A stretch of 64,000 bases of DNA from Eledone cirrhosa. Lineage: Eukaryota. Positions within the stretch are counted from its first letter, which is position 1, and each line of letters starts with the position of its first letter. The notes under the pieces are model-generated. The model saw only the letters and a program-made list of their open reading frames with translations. It ran no database searches and was not told the origin of the DNA. Made by a program: the position numbers and the translations under genes. Location: contig OZ024742.1 in NCBI GenBank assembly GCA_964016885.1, positions 181,350,001 through 181,414,000 of the forward strand, given 5' to 3'. Positions 1 to 14,630 of the stretch are shown piece by piece.

Positions 1-619
1 GACAAATTTGCCTTTCTTCCTTTCAAGAGTTAATAAAATAAAGTACTATTTAAGTGCTGGAGTTGATTTAATCAACATTTCCCTCCCAACAAATTGTTGG
101 CCTTGTGTCTAAATTAGAAACCATTATTAAGTTGAAAGTTGGGCAGTGGATTGGCAGTATTGGTAGAGGATCTGATGCCATGCTTTGCAGCATAGAGTTA
201 CGTCCCTTTATGCTCTGTGTTCAAATCCCGCCAAGGTGTTAACTTTGCCTTTCATCCTTACGGGGTCGATAAAATAAAGTATCAGTAATACACTAGGATA
301 ATTGCTGGCCTTGTACCAAAAGTAGAAACAATTATTAAGTTGAAAGTTATATATTTAGCTAATGATAAGTAAAATACAAAGGCAGTATATTCTTGTTATA
401 AATATGCTCCCAAAAGGATTAAACAAAGACAAATTCATCCTCCAAGATTTGGCTAAAATAGATCATTAGGACAAACATGTTTCATGTACAGCAATTGAAG
501 GCAGGCACAAGTTTAATGGACTTCCATTATTTTTTACACTAAATGTTGCTGTTGTTCAGTGAATATAACAGCTTACTTGCTAAATTGACAAATATGTGGC
601 TGAGTATTCCAAAGACATG

Positions 620-990
620 CTCAAACAACCCCTTCTCTTTATACTTCATTCCTCAACCAACCCCTTCTCTCTATACTTCATTCCTCAACCAACCCCTTCT
701 CTCTATACTTCATTCCTCAACCAACCCTTATTCTTTGTCTCCCTATACCTCATTGCTCAACCAACCCCTTATCTCTATACTTCATTACTCAATCAACCCC
801 TATTCTTTGTCTCTTTATACCTCATTGCTCAACCAACCCCCTTTAAGGTCCTCCTATACCCTATTACCCAACCAACACCCTTCAAGTTCCTCTTATACCC
901 TGTTTCCCAACCAACCCTTATTCTTTGTCACCCTATACCTCATTTCTCCACCAACCCCCTTCCAGGTTCTCCTATACTTCTTCTACCAAG
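620..990. repeat. Minisatellite, ~32-42-bp units (CTATACTTCATTCCTCAACCAACCCC...)
   Basis: Visible tandem units; explains ORFs 543-1007 and 596-1279. Confidence 0.9.
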
Positions 991-999
991 AGTTTCTCT

Positions 1000-1600
1000 A
1001 TTCATGACCACATTTCCTCGAGATAAGGTGTCAGGTATCAGGTTATATGTTTCACTTTTCCATTTCATTTTTTCCATTATAACAAGAAGTGTTTTGTTGT
1101 TTGTAGTCTTGTTAATAATTTCTTTAATGATACTCATTAATTTGATGTTCTGTAGATGGAATGTAAAACAACTTTCTGTAACATTTCATCTGAAATGCTC
1201 CGTTCTTTTTCTCAGATTCAATAAAATGTATCTGAAATTACTATTGCTCTTAAAAAACAAATTTTTGTTGCTGCTGTAAACATTTCATTTTATCAAACAG
1301 GATCTAATTTTGTTAAAGCCTCTGTAATTGCTGCAATCTAGCATTTTAGTTCTGTCTTTGATCTTATATCTTATGTTATTGTTTCAACATCTTTCACGCT
1401 ATTTCAATTGGAGTGACTATTTTCTTTTTGATTTTATCTGTTATCATTATTTTTCTCTTTTCATCATTTATTTCCATTGCATATATTTCTGCAGTTGTAT
1501 CAAGACATGTTAGATCTTTGAGTTCTTCTTCAAGTTGTCCTATTAAATTAACATCATCGGTAAAATAGAGGTTACTGACAGCTCTACCTCCTACTTTAAC
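1000..1600 (-). pseudogene. Possible highly degraded R4/Dong-like LINE coding remnant
   Basis: A-rich minus strand with ARIAAITE.L.K.RS...MFT..NKNLF-like residues across frameshifts. Confidence 0.25.
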
Positions 1601-2599
1601 ATTTTCTTCAAACGACTTGCTACAGTCAATGCCCAGGTTATCTCAGATCTTACAAATCTATGATCAAAGATGTTCCAACCATGATACACTGACGTTTTTT
1701 TCAGTCACAGTATATCTAGGACTATATTACCCCAAGTATTCTTCTACATTTTAACCATTTTGCTACTATATTTTTAACGAAATACACTATATGTGTGTCC
1801 AGTTAATTTTGAAACTCATAAAAAATTTAGAAGAATTTAATAAAATAATTAACCTTTGCATTATTAAGGTGATATTTTGAGTTCAAAGCCCACCAAGGTT
1901 AGCTTTGTTTTTCATCTTTCTGGAGTTGATAAAATAAAGCACCAGTAATGCACTAGGGTTGATTTAATCGACTTACTTTCCCCACACCCAAAATTGTTGG
2001 CCTTGTGCCTAAACCAAAAACCATTATTAAACTGATGTTTAGAACATTACTTAACTCTTTTGATAACAACCCAGCCAAAACCGGCACTGGTTCTATGATA
2101 GAAAACCACCCACTTATAGAACAATTTCTATATAAATTCATATCTTCCAACATGATATTATACAAGAACCATATTTTAAGTTATTATATTAGGAACAAAA
2201 TAATTAATCATTTGAGTAAATCCTTCAAAATTCTGCATTGATTAATTGAAAGAGAGTATATTTTATTATAAATATGGTAACAATATTATAAATATGTTAA
2301 CAAAAATTTCTTTGAAAATTTTGTTGGAAGGTTTTGATGTGTCTTAAAATTGGGAGTTTTGTACCATAAAACTAGAGTAGTTTCTGACAGTTTGATATTA
2401 AAAGGATTAAGACTATAGGATGTTATTTGAGGGATATTTGGCTACTATTTCAATCTGCCACTTTAAACCACTTTCATTGGTTTCATTATTATTGGTGGTA
2501 GTGTAGTTTAGCTCAAGGTCAGATTGAGCAGATCTATAACTACAAGTGTTCCAGCTGTGATCATCCCATCTTTCTTTCAGACACAATATATCATGTACT

Positions 2600-2955
2600 A
2601 GATATGTGCAATGTAAATATGAGAGAACGCCAGAACTTGGATGAACTGGGGGAGAAATTGGGTTTATAAGGAATCAGATGTGGTGCGCAAAAGAGAAAAC
2701 TGAATTGTGATGCATATGGATGATGATTTCTGAGTGGAGAAGTGCCAGGAATTCCCAGTGGTAGGAAGCCACCATAGAGGTTGACCAAGGAAGACCTTGG
2801 CTGAGGTGGTAAGAGCTGATCTCAAATTGCTGAAACTTACAGAAGAGATGACAAAGGAACATGATGAGTGGAAACATGCTGTGCTGAAAAGGACTTGTTC
2901 AACCCATGTAAGTGTGGAAAAAAGGACATAAAATGATAATGATGATGATGATGAT
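2600..2955 (+). mobile_element. RTE LINE 3' fragment (similar pieces at 35660-35900 and 53388-53640)
   Basis: Degraded HMDDD...KCQ...GxPRKT motif region and (GAT)n tail. Confidence 0.7.
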
Positions 2956-3864
2956 CCCTCCTTTTCTTTTTTAAGAGGGCAGTGTGTAATTTTAAGGAGA
3001 ATCGGTTGATATTTTTCTAACAGGGCCAGTGACTTCTTATCTCTATGGCTGGATGCCCTTCTTAATGTCAACCACTTTACAGAGTATCATGTGCATTGTA
3101 TCATAGTACCAGTACTATCCCTTCATAGAATATAATGGATGCATTTTATCATAGCACCAGCACTAGAGAGGTTGTCATATGCTTAGTCTGATTGAAAGTC
3201 CTCTTTACTTGAATTGTCTCTGTTCAATTGCCAACCACTTAAATCCCAAATCGATATAAATGCATTGATATCTCACACAGACAGTGACAAATATACGAAC
3301 AATCTATTCACATTAATATCTTATGCAGTAGAATGACTCAGAGTAATTGTACTTCAACCCTTTCATTGCCATATTACTAAAGATACTGACTATTATTTTA
3401 AAATTGTTATCTCCTGAAAGATATATTCTATGCATGAATTTCATGTTGCCTTTTTTTTATCGGCTGTGTTCAATTTTGTCACAGTGATATACATAATTTT
3501 ACATGAATTAATCTTTAAAATCAATTCTGCTGAGTTAGTATTATATTCGCATGGATTAATACTGCGTTGTAAGCAGTGTGTTATAACAGTAAGATCAGGT
3601 ACACAATAGTTTTTTTTTACATATATAATATTTATTTATATATGTATATGAAATGTATTCCTATAATACATTTCATAGTCTCATATGAGGATGACTCATT
3701 TTCTGACCTGCAGACAGAAGACTGATAGATAATCACAGTGGTGGCAAATGTGTTAAGCTAGGGGGAAATAACAAAACATTATGATATTGGGTTAATCATT
3801 TTCTAAAGATGGGCATATATATATAAAGGTTGTGTGTAAATAGGGTGTTTCTTTTCACACACCC

Positions 3865-3903
<39 letters not shown>

Positions 3904-4085
3904 GTATAAAGAGAAAGAAAGAGAAATAAATGGATAGATACATATATCTGAGTGTGTGCTTGCAGGCATGCATGTGTGTAAACATATATATATATATATG
4001 TGGACATTATATAAATAAATTATATATATATATATGTACATTATATAAATTATACATATATATGTGTACATTATATAAATTATAT

Positions 4086-4129
<44 letters not shown>

Positions 4130-4133
<4 letters not shown>

Positions 4134-4794
4134 GTAAGTATGTATGTATGTATACGTACATACATATATGTATACAGATGTACAGTAGTATGTATATATA
4201 TATATACATACATGCACATATATATATGCACGTATCGGTTTACTGAATATTTATTATAATGCTCGGTTTGTTTGTTTGTTTGTAAACAAACAAACAGCCC
4301 GAATTACGCCGTACAGTGTTTAGGCAACCACGTCACCTTTTTGTTCAACACTGACACAGGAACGATGTACTAGTTTCAAGCTTATTAGCTTTCGTCAGCA
4401 TCGTATACCCACCTGCCAGATGGTTGAACGTCTGAAAGTATATACTTTCCTTATGCATATTAACGGCTGAGCAGCCTAATTTGCATATCGAGTGAGTTTA
4501 GTCAGCTGGGCGCACCGAAAACGATAAATGGAATAGAATGAAACGAAATTTCATTTCTCACTCTTAGTATGGCAGTTACTTAAATGTAAGTATGTATGTA
4601 TACATACATATATGTATACAGACGTACAGTAGTATGTATATATATACATACATGCACACATATATATATACATGTATCGGTTTACCGAACATTTATTATA
4701 ATGCTCGGTTTGTTCGTTTGTAAACAAACAAACAGCTCGAATTATGCCATACAGTGTTTAGGCAACAACGTCACCTTTTTGTTCAACACTGACA
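4130..4794 (-). mobile_element. Retrozyme-like partial tandem element (~438-bp period)
   Basis: 4130-4356 repeated directly at 4582-4794; HHR between the repeats; (TA)n on both sides. Confidence 0.7.
4362..4404 (-). ncRNA. Type I hammerhead ribozyme, canonical
   Basis: Minus strand ACGATG-CTGACGA-AAGCT-AATA-AGCTT-GAAA-CTAG-TA-CATCGT: 6-bp stem I, 5-bp stem II, palindromic stem III. Confidence 0.9.
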
Positions 4795-4939
4795 TATATA
4801 TATTAGAAAGTGAGGTTTTTTTTTACAAAATGAAAAATAACCGAGGTGTCCTACACGAGTTAAAGTATAAGGAAAAAAAGATGAAATCGAAAATGCAACT
4901 GGAGTCTTATTTAAAAAAAATATATATATTTATTTGGTT

Positions 4940-4977
4940 CCTTTACCGGTTTCGCAGTTCTTCTGCTTTTCAAAATT
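4940..4977 (-). ncRNA. Degenerate hammerhead ribozyme within inverted repeat 4869-5097
   Basis: TTGAAAA-GCAG-AAGAA-CTGC-GAAA-CCGG-TA; palindromic stem III ACCGGT, decayed core. Confidence 0.5.
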
Positions 4978-5095
4978 AGAGTTGAGATGGAGGGGTCTGT
5001 GGTTTTTCTCACATTGTGAGAAAAATAACCAAAATAAATATATATATTTAAAAAAAAATAAGAGTCCAGTTGCATTTTCGATTTCATCTTTTTTT

Positions 5096-5131
<36 letters not shown>

Positions 5132-5254
5132 ATACACACTTATATGTATATACATATACACATATATATATATGTATATATATATGTGTGTGTGTATATA
5201 ATTTATTTATATAAGGTGCATATATATATATATATGCACCTTATATAAATAAAT

Positions 5255-5290
<36 letters not shown>

Positions 5291-5477
5291 GAGAGAGATA
5301 GATTTTTATATATAGATGTGTATATATATATATAGATGTTTTTATAGTTATTAGTGGTAATTGTGAGTGTGTATACTTGATATTCCCACTCACAAATATA
5401 TTCATTTGTTTATGTGTATATATCATCATCATCATCATCATCATCGTTTAACGTCCATCTTCCACGCTTGTATGGGT

Positions 5478-5519
<42 letters not shown>

Positions 5520-5915
5520 TAGATGCACATGTGGGAAATACTGCATGCATTTTGATGTATGTGCATATGGATGTATGTGTGTGCTTGTGTATGTGCTTAT
5601 ATGTGTGAGTGTGCACATGTAGTGAGCAAACTCACAAGTGAACTTTCAAACATAATACATTATTTATATGTTTCATAGATATTCTGGTTAGCCAATTATA
5701 TTATGTGAATGGAGGCTGACAGTTGGGTAAAAAAAGTGGCAAGCAATCCAAAAGGAAGAAAAAGCTTGAGAAAGGCATGAGAAGAAGAGGTGAAAGCTGG
5801 TATTAGGCAGCTGGAAATGACTGCAGAACGTAACTAAGTGGGAAGATGGTGTAGTGAAGACCTGTCCAACCCATTCATTCATGGAAAATGAATGTAATGA
5901 TTATGATTATATATC

Positions 5916-6066
<151 letters not shown>

Positions 6067-6303
6067 ATGTGTGTATATTGATGTGATTTTTATTGTGTTA
6101 ACACTGGTCTGAGGATCAGGCAGTCTTGGAGTCAGGTCTGGGGGTACCATATCAGATCACAAGCCACCTGCTTGGGAAACATTTGTAACTTGGATTAAGC
6201 AATAAATCTCCTATGTAACATCTTCACTTTGTTCTTATTATATATATCATCATCATCATCTTCGTTTAACGTCCATCTTCCATGCTAGCATGGGTTATAT
6301 ATA

Positions 6304-6696
6304 CGAGGGTAATCCCAAAAGTAAGGTCTCCAAAGCGATGGGGATGCAGAGAAACTGTTCGTATGGCTGTTGGCAACACTGTTGTGATTGGTGCTTCCTT
6401 CACTCCCAAACAAGCAAGTGCGCGCTTCACTGGGATGCTCAATCTTGGCTTGGCAGCCGTTGAGAATGGAGCTCCCGTTGAACGCTACCGCCAAGTGCGA
6501 ATTTCACGCAGTTATTATATAGAGGGAAATCCCAAAAGTAAGGTCTCCTTCCGAGGAAAACATACGTAAAGATCAGCGATTCACTCTGGATGCTCTCTGC
6601 ATTTTGGTTCCTGAGGTTTCCCGAAGCACCATCCACAGGATTTTAATGGAAAAGATGCAATATCGGAAGGAGACCTTACTTTTGGGATTTCCCTCG
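6304..6696 (+). mobile_element. mariner-derived MITE/deleted element with an extra internal TIR
   Basis: TIR CGAGGG(T/A)AATCCCAAAAGTAAGGTCTCC at 6304, 6521 and inverted at 6668-6696; TA flanks; HTH-like fragment VSRSTIHRILMEKMQYRK. Confidence 0.8.
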
Positions 6697-6715
6697 TATA
6701 TATATATATATATAT

Positions 6716-7028
6716 GGTTCCAGTTCCTCAGTGAAACCCAACCAGGAACTGGGCATATCAGAGTATTGACAAAGTTAAACACCTCAACAACATGTGTACT
6801 CGTCTCTACCATACTAATTCGGACTGCCTGAAGAGGTCACAGCCAAAGATGGCTGTCACCAAAATATATATAGCAGTAATAAACGAAGCTAAATTTTAAA
6901 CATTTGACTTATTTATTTTAGTTTATTTTACATTACTCCGGAGTAACCAAACCAACCTGCGCACTTCATCGAGTGCTCCAATCTGCATGCTGAGGTGTTG
7001 GTATACAACCAACATCTACTCAAAATTT
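6716..7028 (+). mobile_element. ~310-bp non-coding HHR-bearing element
   Basis: Homologous end to end with 19465-19782 (minus); HHR at 6823-6877 (GAAA mutated to AAAA); (TA)n flanks. Confidence 0.8.
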
Positions 7029-7284
7029 ATATATATATATCATCATCATTTCATTTTACGTCCACTTTTTCCCTGCTTGCAAGGGTGGGATGGGAACTGA
7101 TTCTGGCTTGATTTCTACAGCTGCATGCCCTTCCTAACACCAACCTCATTTACAGTGAGTGCTGGGTGCTTTTTTTCCGTGGCACCTCCACGACCACTTT
7201 GCAGTGGAATGATATGGACCCCAGTCCCTATCATCTCATTTCTACAGCTGAGTAAACTGGAGCAATGTGTAATAAAGTGTCTGA

Positions 7285-7372
<88 letters not shown>

Positions 7373-7889
7373 TTATATATACATATATATTATTTTATTA
7401 TTTTATTCTCTTACAGATTTCAGTCATTTGACTGTGACCATGCTGGGACACCAATTTGATTAGTCGGTCATATTGACCTCAGTACACATTTTTTCAAGTC
7501 TGCTATTTATATTATCAATCCCTTTTTTGTCAAATTGCCAAGTTATGGGGGACATAAACCCAGACATAGATGCACACACATACTCATACATATATATGCC
7601 GTAGACTTCTGCAATTCACGTCTAACAGATTCCAGCCACAAGACATTAGTCAATCTTAGGTCATAGTAGAAGACACTTGTCCAAGTTGTCATGCAAGATG
7701 ACTGAACTTAAAACAACATGGTTGTGTAGTGAACTCCTTAACCCCATAGCCATATATGTAGCATCATCATCATTTAGCATAGGTTGAATGGGTTGTTACA
7801 TTCCTAGAGCATGCAGGTTAGAATATACTGTGTTGCTCATGACTTTTATTTTGATGTTTTCTATGGCTGGATGCTCTTCCTAATGCCAA

Positions 7890-8440
7890 TTGCTTTATGG
7901 TGCATTCTAGGTACATTTTATTGTGATAGCAACACTACCACGTTAAAGAGTGTATTGGGTACATTTTATCATAGCACAAGCACTACCACTTTACAGAATG
8001 TACTGGGTACATTTTATTGTGATAGCAACACTAACACTTTAAGGTACTGGGTACATTTTACCATGGCACCATCACTATCACTTTAAGGAGTGTACTAGGT
8101 ACATTTTATTGTGGCACTAACACTACCACTTTATAGAGTGTACTGCAAGCATTTCACCATGGCACCAGCACTACTATTTTACAGAGTGTATTGGATACAT
8201 GTTATCGTGGCATTAGCGCTTTTACTTTACAGAGTGTACTGGGTATATTTTATCATAGCACAAGCGCAACCACATTACAGAGTGTACTGGGTACATTTTA
8301 TCGTAGCACAAGTACAGCCACATTACAGAGTGTACTGGGTACATTTTATTGTGGCATCAGCACAAACACTTTACAGAAGGAACAGAGTATATTTTTAACA
8401 AGACTAACATTTTACAGAGTGTACTGAGTGTATTTTATCA
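7890..8440. repeat. ~40-bp degenerate tandem array (ACAGAGTGTACTGGGTACATTTTAT...), SINE-derived
   Basis: Unit resembles the reverse complement of the SINE segment AAAAAGCACCCAGCACTCACTGTAAA. Confidence 0.8.
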
Positions 8441-9039
8441 TGACAAAAGCAGAACTTTTCAGCTAACCCTCATGTGAATTTACTAGACATTACTTATTGG
8501 CAGAATCGGTAGAGCATCCGACACCATTCTTTACAGTATAGAGTTATGAACCTTTACGTTCTAAGTTCAAATCCCACCAAGGTTAACTTTGCTTTTCATC
8601 CTTACAGGGTCAATAAAATAAAGTACCAGTAATGCACTGGGGTAATTGCTGGCTTTGTGCCAAAAGTAGAAACAATTATTAAATTTTCTATTTGATAGTG
8701 TGTTGTATTATTGAATATACCCTACCAGGGTCAGCAATAGTGGGGTAAAAGACTGGAGTATCAAAAGGGACCCGAAATAACTGAAAACCTAGGGGTCCAG
8801 TCATGGGTTAACATGGCCCACTCTGTATGTGTGCATGAGCAAGCCTATGTCTATGTGTGTATGACTATATGCAGTTGATTCTGTATGTGCAGGCATATAT
8901 GAGTATGATTGCATATGTGCAGCTCTATGTATCTTTGTCTATAAATACATTGGGTGTGGTGGTGTGTAGAGATATATGCCTGTGAGTGTGTGTGTATATA
9001 TGTGTATGTATATATGTATGTATGTAACTGGTAACATAT

Positions 9040-9970
9040 ATCCCAGTACAACCTGTCTCATGGTCGGGTCGTTGGCGACTAAACTGGCAACCCCACCAAG
9101 GTTTCTTGGTGAGGAGAGTGACTTTGGACATCCTGCAGGACTAAAAACAAAACCTGTCAAAGAGCAAAGGAGCTCTTAAGAGTCAATGGCCATCCAAAAT
9201 CACCGGGAGAGATAACCCCTTAGCCTTTGTCAAGGCAGAATTCTAGGAGAAGGAAAACTCTGATATAACACCTGCAACTCTGATGGTATCCAATGATGTT
9301 GACTTGTTCTTCTTTTTGGTAAATATCATCTTGGTTAAGAGAGTGGGACTGGCTTTGTGCAGTGCCTTTGCTCACTATAAAAGCTTCACAGCACAGGCAT
9401 TGCTTTATATCAGGAGATCTCTCTGCACTTGTTGTCACATGGTACCATGGGCCCAGCACTATGTGTCAATAATTGTCACAAGTGTAGTGTTTGTACCAGA
9501 GTTTTCAAGTCGCTGGCTGGACTAAAAAGTCACACTCGTTCAGCGGATCGGTAGGGGTTCTCCTACATGGATATAAAGTAGTGGCCGTACTCAAAAACGA
9601 GTTGGCAGCCACCATGTATGTATGTTTGTATGTATGTATGTTTGTATGCATGTATGTATATATATGAAAGGATAACCATCTGCAACACCACTCAACAAAG
9701 ACCTGGTAAAACAACATGCATGATATGCATCAAAATGTGTAGAACTAGTTCTGGACTAAAAAAACACATGGTGGTATATAAAGATTGTGTCCCATAGGGT
9801 GACACCACCGCTCCTGTGGAAAGCACAACTCTCTTCTGTCACTGTGTCGTAAACCATGCAGATCTACAGCTGGCCTACAAAGTCATCCACGAAGTCATGG
9901 ATGCAGATTAGGATGATAACGAAGAATCAATAAGAGACGGTAATCGTCTGTAAAGACGCTGCAATCCTCA
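9040..9970 (+). mobile_element. RTE-like LINE fragments: 5' UTR-like piece and C-terminal C2H2 zinc-finger remnants
   Basis: GGAGAAGGAAAACTCTGA 5'-UTR-like motif; HKCSVCTRVFKSLAGLKSHTR near 9480-9540; further CxxxCRSTAGLQSH near 9840-9900; (TATG)n tails. Confidence 0.5.
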
Positions 9971-10251
9971 TATATGTATGTATGCATGTATGTATATATG
10001 TATGTATGTATGACATATGTATGCATGTATGTATGTAAGGTATGTATGTATGTATATATATATATATATAGTAATAATAATAAATTTGAAGACTAAAATC
10101 CAAAGAGGGCTCGATAAGGATAAATATATATCAAATATATAAGAACCGTAGAGCAAATATTTACAGATTGACTTTGTTAGTTTCAGAATCAGAAGATCCC
10201 GTTAAGGGTGAAAGCAGCGATTCTTTGCTTAAACTTTAATCTGTTATTTTA

Positions 10252-10307
<56 letters not shown>

Positions 10308-10908
10308 GAAAATTCTATGGTTAATACATTTGTGTTACACCCAACATATACATCTATATACAACTCCAATATTAAAATTATTGAACGACAATTACCTTTC
10401 TAATTTAATTACGTTTATTGCATTATACTTTACACAATATCTATCCATTTTATCACCACATATTTCTCTACCATATTGCATGCCATTTTAAACATTTTTA
10501 ACACTTTTAACACTTTTAACATGCTTTAACATTCTATATGAAATATGCTTTATTTATTTATTATATAACTTTTACCTCATGCAAGCCTTTACAAATTGTA
10601 TTAACTTTTGCACTATATACCCTTAACAGAACCTTCTTTTTAATGCGATGATATCTTTTATCTATCTTATCTTACATCTTTTTTGCTTGTATCTTTTGCA
10701 CATGTATTACCTTAAAGAAAATCTTTATATATAATATGCTCGAATATTTCACTTTTCACCATTGCTCCTTACACTCTGTTTTCTGTAGCATAACATTCCT
10801 TTGAAACTCCTGCTTTTCTATATGATGTCAATGACACTGTCAATAGTTATGTATCTATATAAATGTTCTGAAGACTAGGATTTTAATTATCTGTTTAAAC
10901 ATTCTCTA

Positions 10909-10953
10909 TGTCCGATGATCCCAGACATTCGTCTGGAAGAAACAATTGTCACG
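10909..10953 (+). ncRNA. Hammerhead ribozyme, CCGANGA core variant
   Basis: TGT-CCGATGA-TCCCAGAC-ATTC-GTCTGGAA-GAAA-CAATTG-TC-ACG. Confidence 0.7.
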
Positions 10954-12099
10954 AATTAAATGTATTAAACTAAGATTTGATTGTTTTATATTTTGTATCT
11001 CAGCTCTGTAATACATTTGATAATTTACATTGAGCCTTTTCTGTGACTTCTCTCTCACGTGGGAGAGAGAAGTCACAGCGTGTTTAAGGGCAGTGAACCA
11101 GTGGCCTATATAGTTATAGAGGGATTTATTTACGCTTTAATTTATATTTTTAATTATTGTATCTATAGTCTGCCTTTCATAGGTTATAGACTGGTGGTTC
11201 TATCCCTGTTTTATTGATAGCGCACTGTATCTCTCTCTAGTGTGTTACCTTTTCAACATATTGTATTTTAAAGAGCTCAGGATTTCTTCTTCTTTGAGCA
11301 CATTATTTACAGGGAACGGCGAGAGTCTATGGCTCCGTTAATTTATCGTGATATATATTTATATATGTATGTATACGGGTGTGTGTGTATCTGTAGGTAT
11401 GTTTGTCTGTGTGTGTAATTATGTATGCCAGTGTGTATAGTTATGGATGTGTGTGTGGATGCATGTTTGTATGAGTGTGCATATATTAATGATATTTACA
11501 TCCATGTATACATACATGTTAAAGCGTGTGTTTGTCTGTTTATGTGTTTGGGTGGGTGTGCTTGTATGTAGGCATGCATGCATGCACATGTATGAATGTT
11601 TGTGTGGGACGGTATGTGTGTGTATAGGTATGCATGTGCATGTGTATATATGCGTGAGTTTATATTTATATAGCACACACACACACACATATGCACACAC
11701 ATATGTATATAGACATACACATATACACATATACACACACAAGTATATAGACATATACTCACACACACATATGTATATAGACATATACACACATACACAC
11801 ACATATATGTACATATATGATATGTGTTTGTGAGTATGTGTGTATATGCGTTTGTGAGTATGTGTGTATATGCATTTGTGTATGTATGTGTGTTTATGTG
11901 TGTATATATATGTGTTTGTTTGTCTAAATATGTGGATGTGAATGTGTGTGTGTGTGTGTGTGCGCACCTGTGTGTATGTGCGCACGTGTGTGTGTGTGTG
12001 AGTGCTATTTATGCAACAAGAGGTTTCACTGTGCCAGGCAATTGCTCCAAGCATTGTCACTGACATCTCTGCACATGAATCATCAGCAAAAAATTCTCC

Positions 12100-12578
12100 T
12101 AATACCAGCACTGCCACCATTGCTACCATTGCTATCAGGACGACAACTACCACCACTACCACCACCAACACCACCACCACCACTAATCACTGTTCTCACC
12201 TCAACCACAAAACCACCACCACCACCACCACCACCACCACCACCACCAGCAACACCACCAACAACAGCTCTACAATCACTGATACCTCCACCACCACCAC
12301 CAACAACAACCCACCACCACCACTACCACCACCAACACCACCACCACCACTAATAACTGTTCTCACCTCAACCACAAAACCACCACCACCACCACCACCA
12401 CCACCACCACCACCACCACCAGCAACACCACCAACAACAGCTCTACAATCACTGATACCTCCACCACCACCACCAACAACAACCCACCACCACCACTACC
12501 ACCACCACCACCACCATCACTAATCACTGTTCTCACCTCAACCACAAAACCACCACCACCACCACCAGCAACACCACC

Positions 12579-12610
<32 letters not shown>

Positions 12611-14630
12611 CTCTACAACCACTCACACCACGACCACCATCACAATCCCCACAACTACCACCACTGTCACTAATCAATCTTCTTACCTCAACCACAATAC
12701 CCCACCACCACCACCACCACCACCACCACCACCACCACCACCACCACCTCCAGCAACAACAATTCTACAACCACTGACACCACCATCCCCCAAAACCCAC
12801 TACTACCACCACCACCACCACCACCACCACCACCACCAGCAACAACAATTCTACAACCACTGACACCACCATCCCCCAAAACCCACTACTACCACCACCA
12901 CCACCACCACCACCACCACCACCACCACCACCACCAGCAACAACAATTCTACAACCACTGACACCACCATCCCCCAAAACCCACTACTACCACCACCACC
13001 ACCACCACCACCACCACCACCACCAGCAACAACAATTCTACAACCACTGACACCACCATCCCCCAAAACCACTACTACCACTAATAACAATATCCACACT
13101 ATTACGCCTCACCACAAATACCTCCTATGCCATCACTCATAACTGTACAATCACCACCACCACCATTACCACCATACCATCACCCCCACCACCACTAACA
13201 AAAACAGTATCCACACCACTACACCCCACACTACAAGCACCACCACCACTAACAATCACAGCCATCGCAACCACCACCACCACCACCACCACCACCACCA
13301 CCACCACCACGAACATCATTAGCACCATCAATATCACCAACATCACCACCACCAACAACAACAACATCACTATCACCATCACTATCACCACCACCAACAT
13401 CACTACCACCTCCTCAACTATCAATAACATCACCACCACTACTACCACCACCACCACCAACACCACCACCACCACCACCACCAATATCACCAACATTACC
13501 ACCACCAACAACAACATCACTACCACCATAAATATCACCACCATCACCACCACCACCACCACCAACATCACTACCACCTCCTCAACTATCAATAACATCA
13601 CCACCACTACTACCACCACCACCACCAACACCACCACCACCACCACCACCACCACCAATATCACCAACATCACCACCACCAACAACAACATCACTATCAC
13701 CATCACTATCACCACCACCAACATCACTACCACCTCCTCAACTATCAATAACATCACCACCATCACTACCACCACCAACACCAACACCACCACCACCACT
13801 ACCACCACCACCACCACCACCACCAACATCACTAGCACCATCACTAGCACCAACACCACCACCACCAACATCACTAGCACCATCACTATCACCAACATCA
13901 CTACCACCACTTCAACTATCAATAACATCACCACTACTACCACCACCAACACCACCACCAACACAACCACCACCACCACCACCACCAACATCACTATCAC
14001 CACCACCACCAACATCACTACCACCTCTTCAACTATCAATACCATCACCACTACTACCACCACCAACACCAACACCACCACCACCACCACCACCACCACC
14101 ACCAACATCACTAGCACCATCAATATCACCAACATCACCACAACCACCACCAACATCACTACCACCTCTTCAACTATCAATAACATCACCACTACTACCA
14201 CCACCACCACCAACAACAACAACATCACTATCACCATCACTATCACCACCACCATCAACATCACTACCACCTCTTCAACTATCATTAACATCACCACTAC
14301 TACCACCACCAACACCAACACCAACACCACCACCACCACCACCACCACCACCACCACCACCACCACCAACATCACTAGCACCATCACTATCACCAACATT
14401 ACCACCACCAACAACAACATCACCACCACCAACAACAACAACATCACTATCACCATCACTATCACCACCACCATCAACATCACTACCACCTCCTCAACTA
14501 TCAATAACATCACCTCTACTACCACCACCGACATCGCTACTACCTCCTCAACTATTAATAGTATCACTTCTACCACCACCACCACCACCAACAACAACAA
14601 TAACAACACTACACCCCCACCACCACCACT
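12100..14630. repeat. Compound (ACC/AAC/ATC)n low-complexity array with higher-order repeats
   Basis: Trinucleotide tracts with recurring ~90-170-bp blocks. Confidence 0.95.

Noticed and set aside
4455-4490. Octamer ATTTGCAT as snRNA-type promoter of the retrozyme-like unit
   Set aside because: An 8-mer that recurs by chance in AT-rich DNA (e.g. 45112, 46741); no supporting proximal element seen
13137-14609. 490-aa Val-rich minus-strand ORF
   Set aside because: Antisense reading of a trinucleotide repeat array; no protein-like complexity
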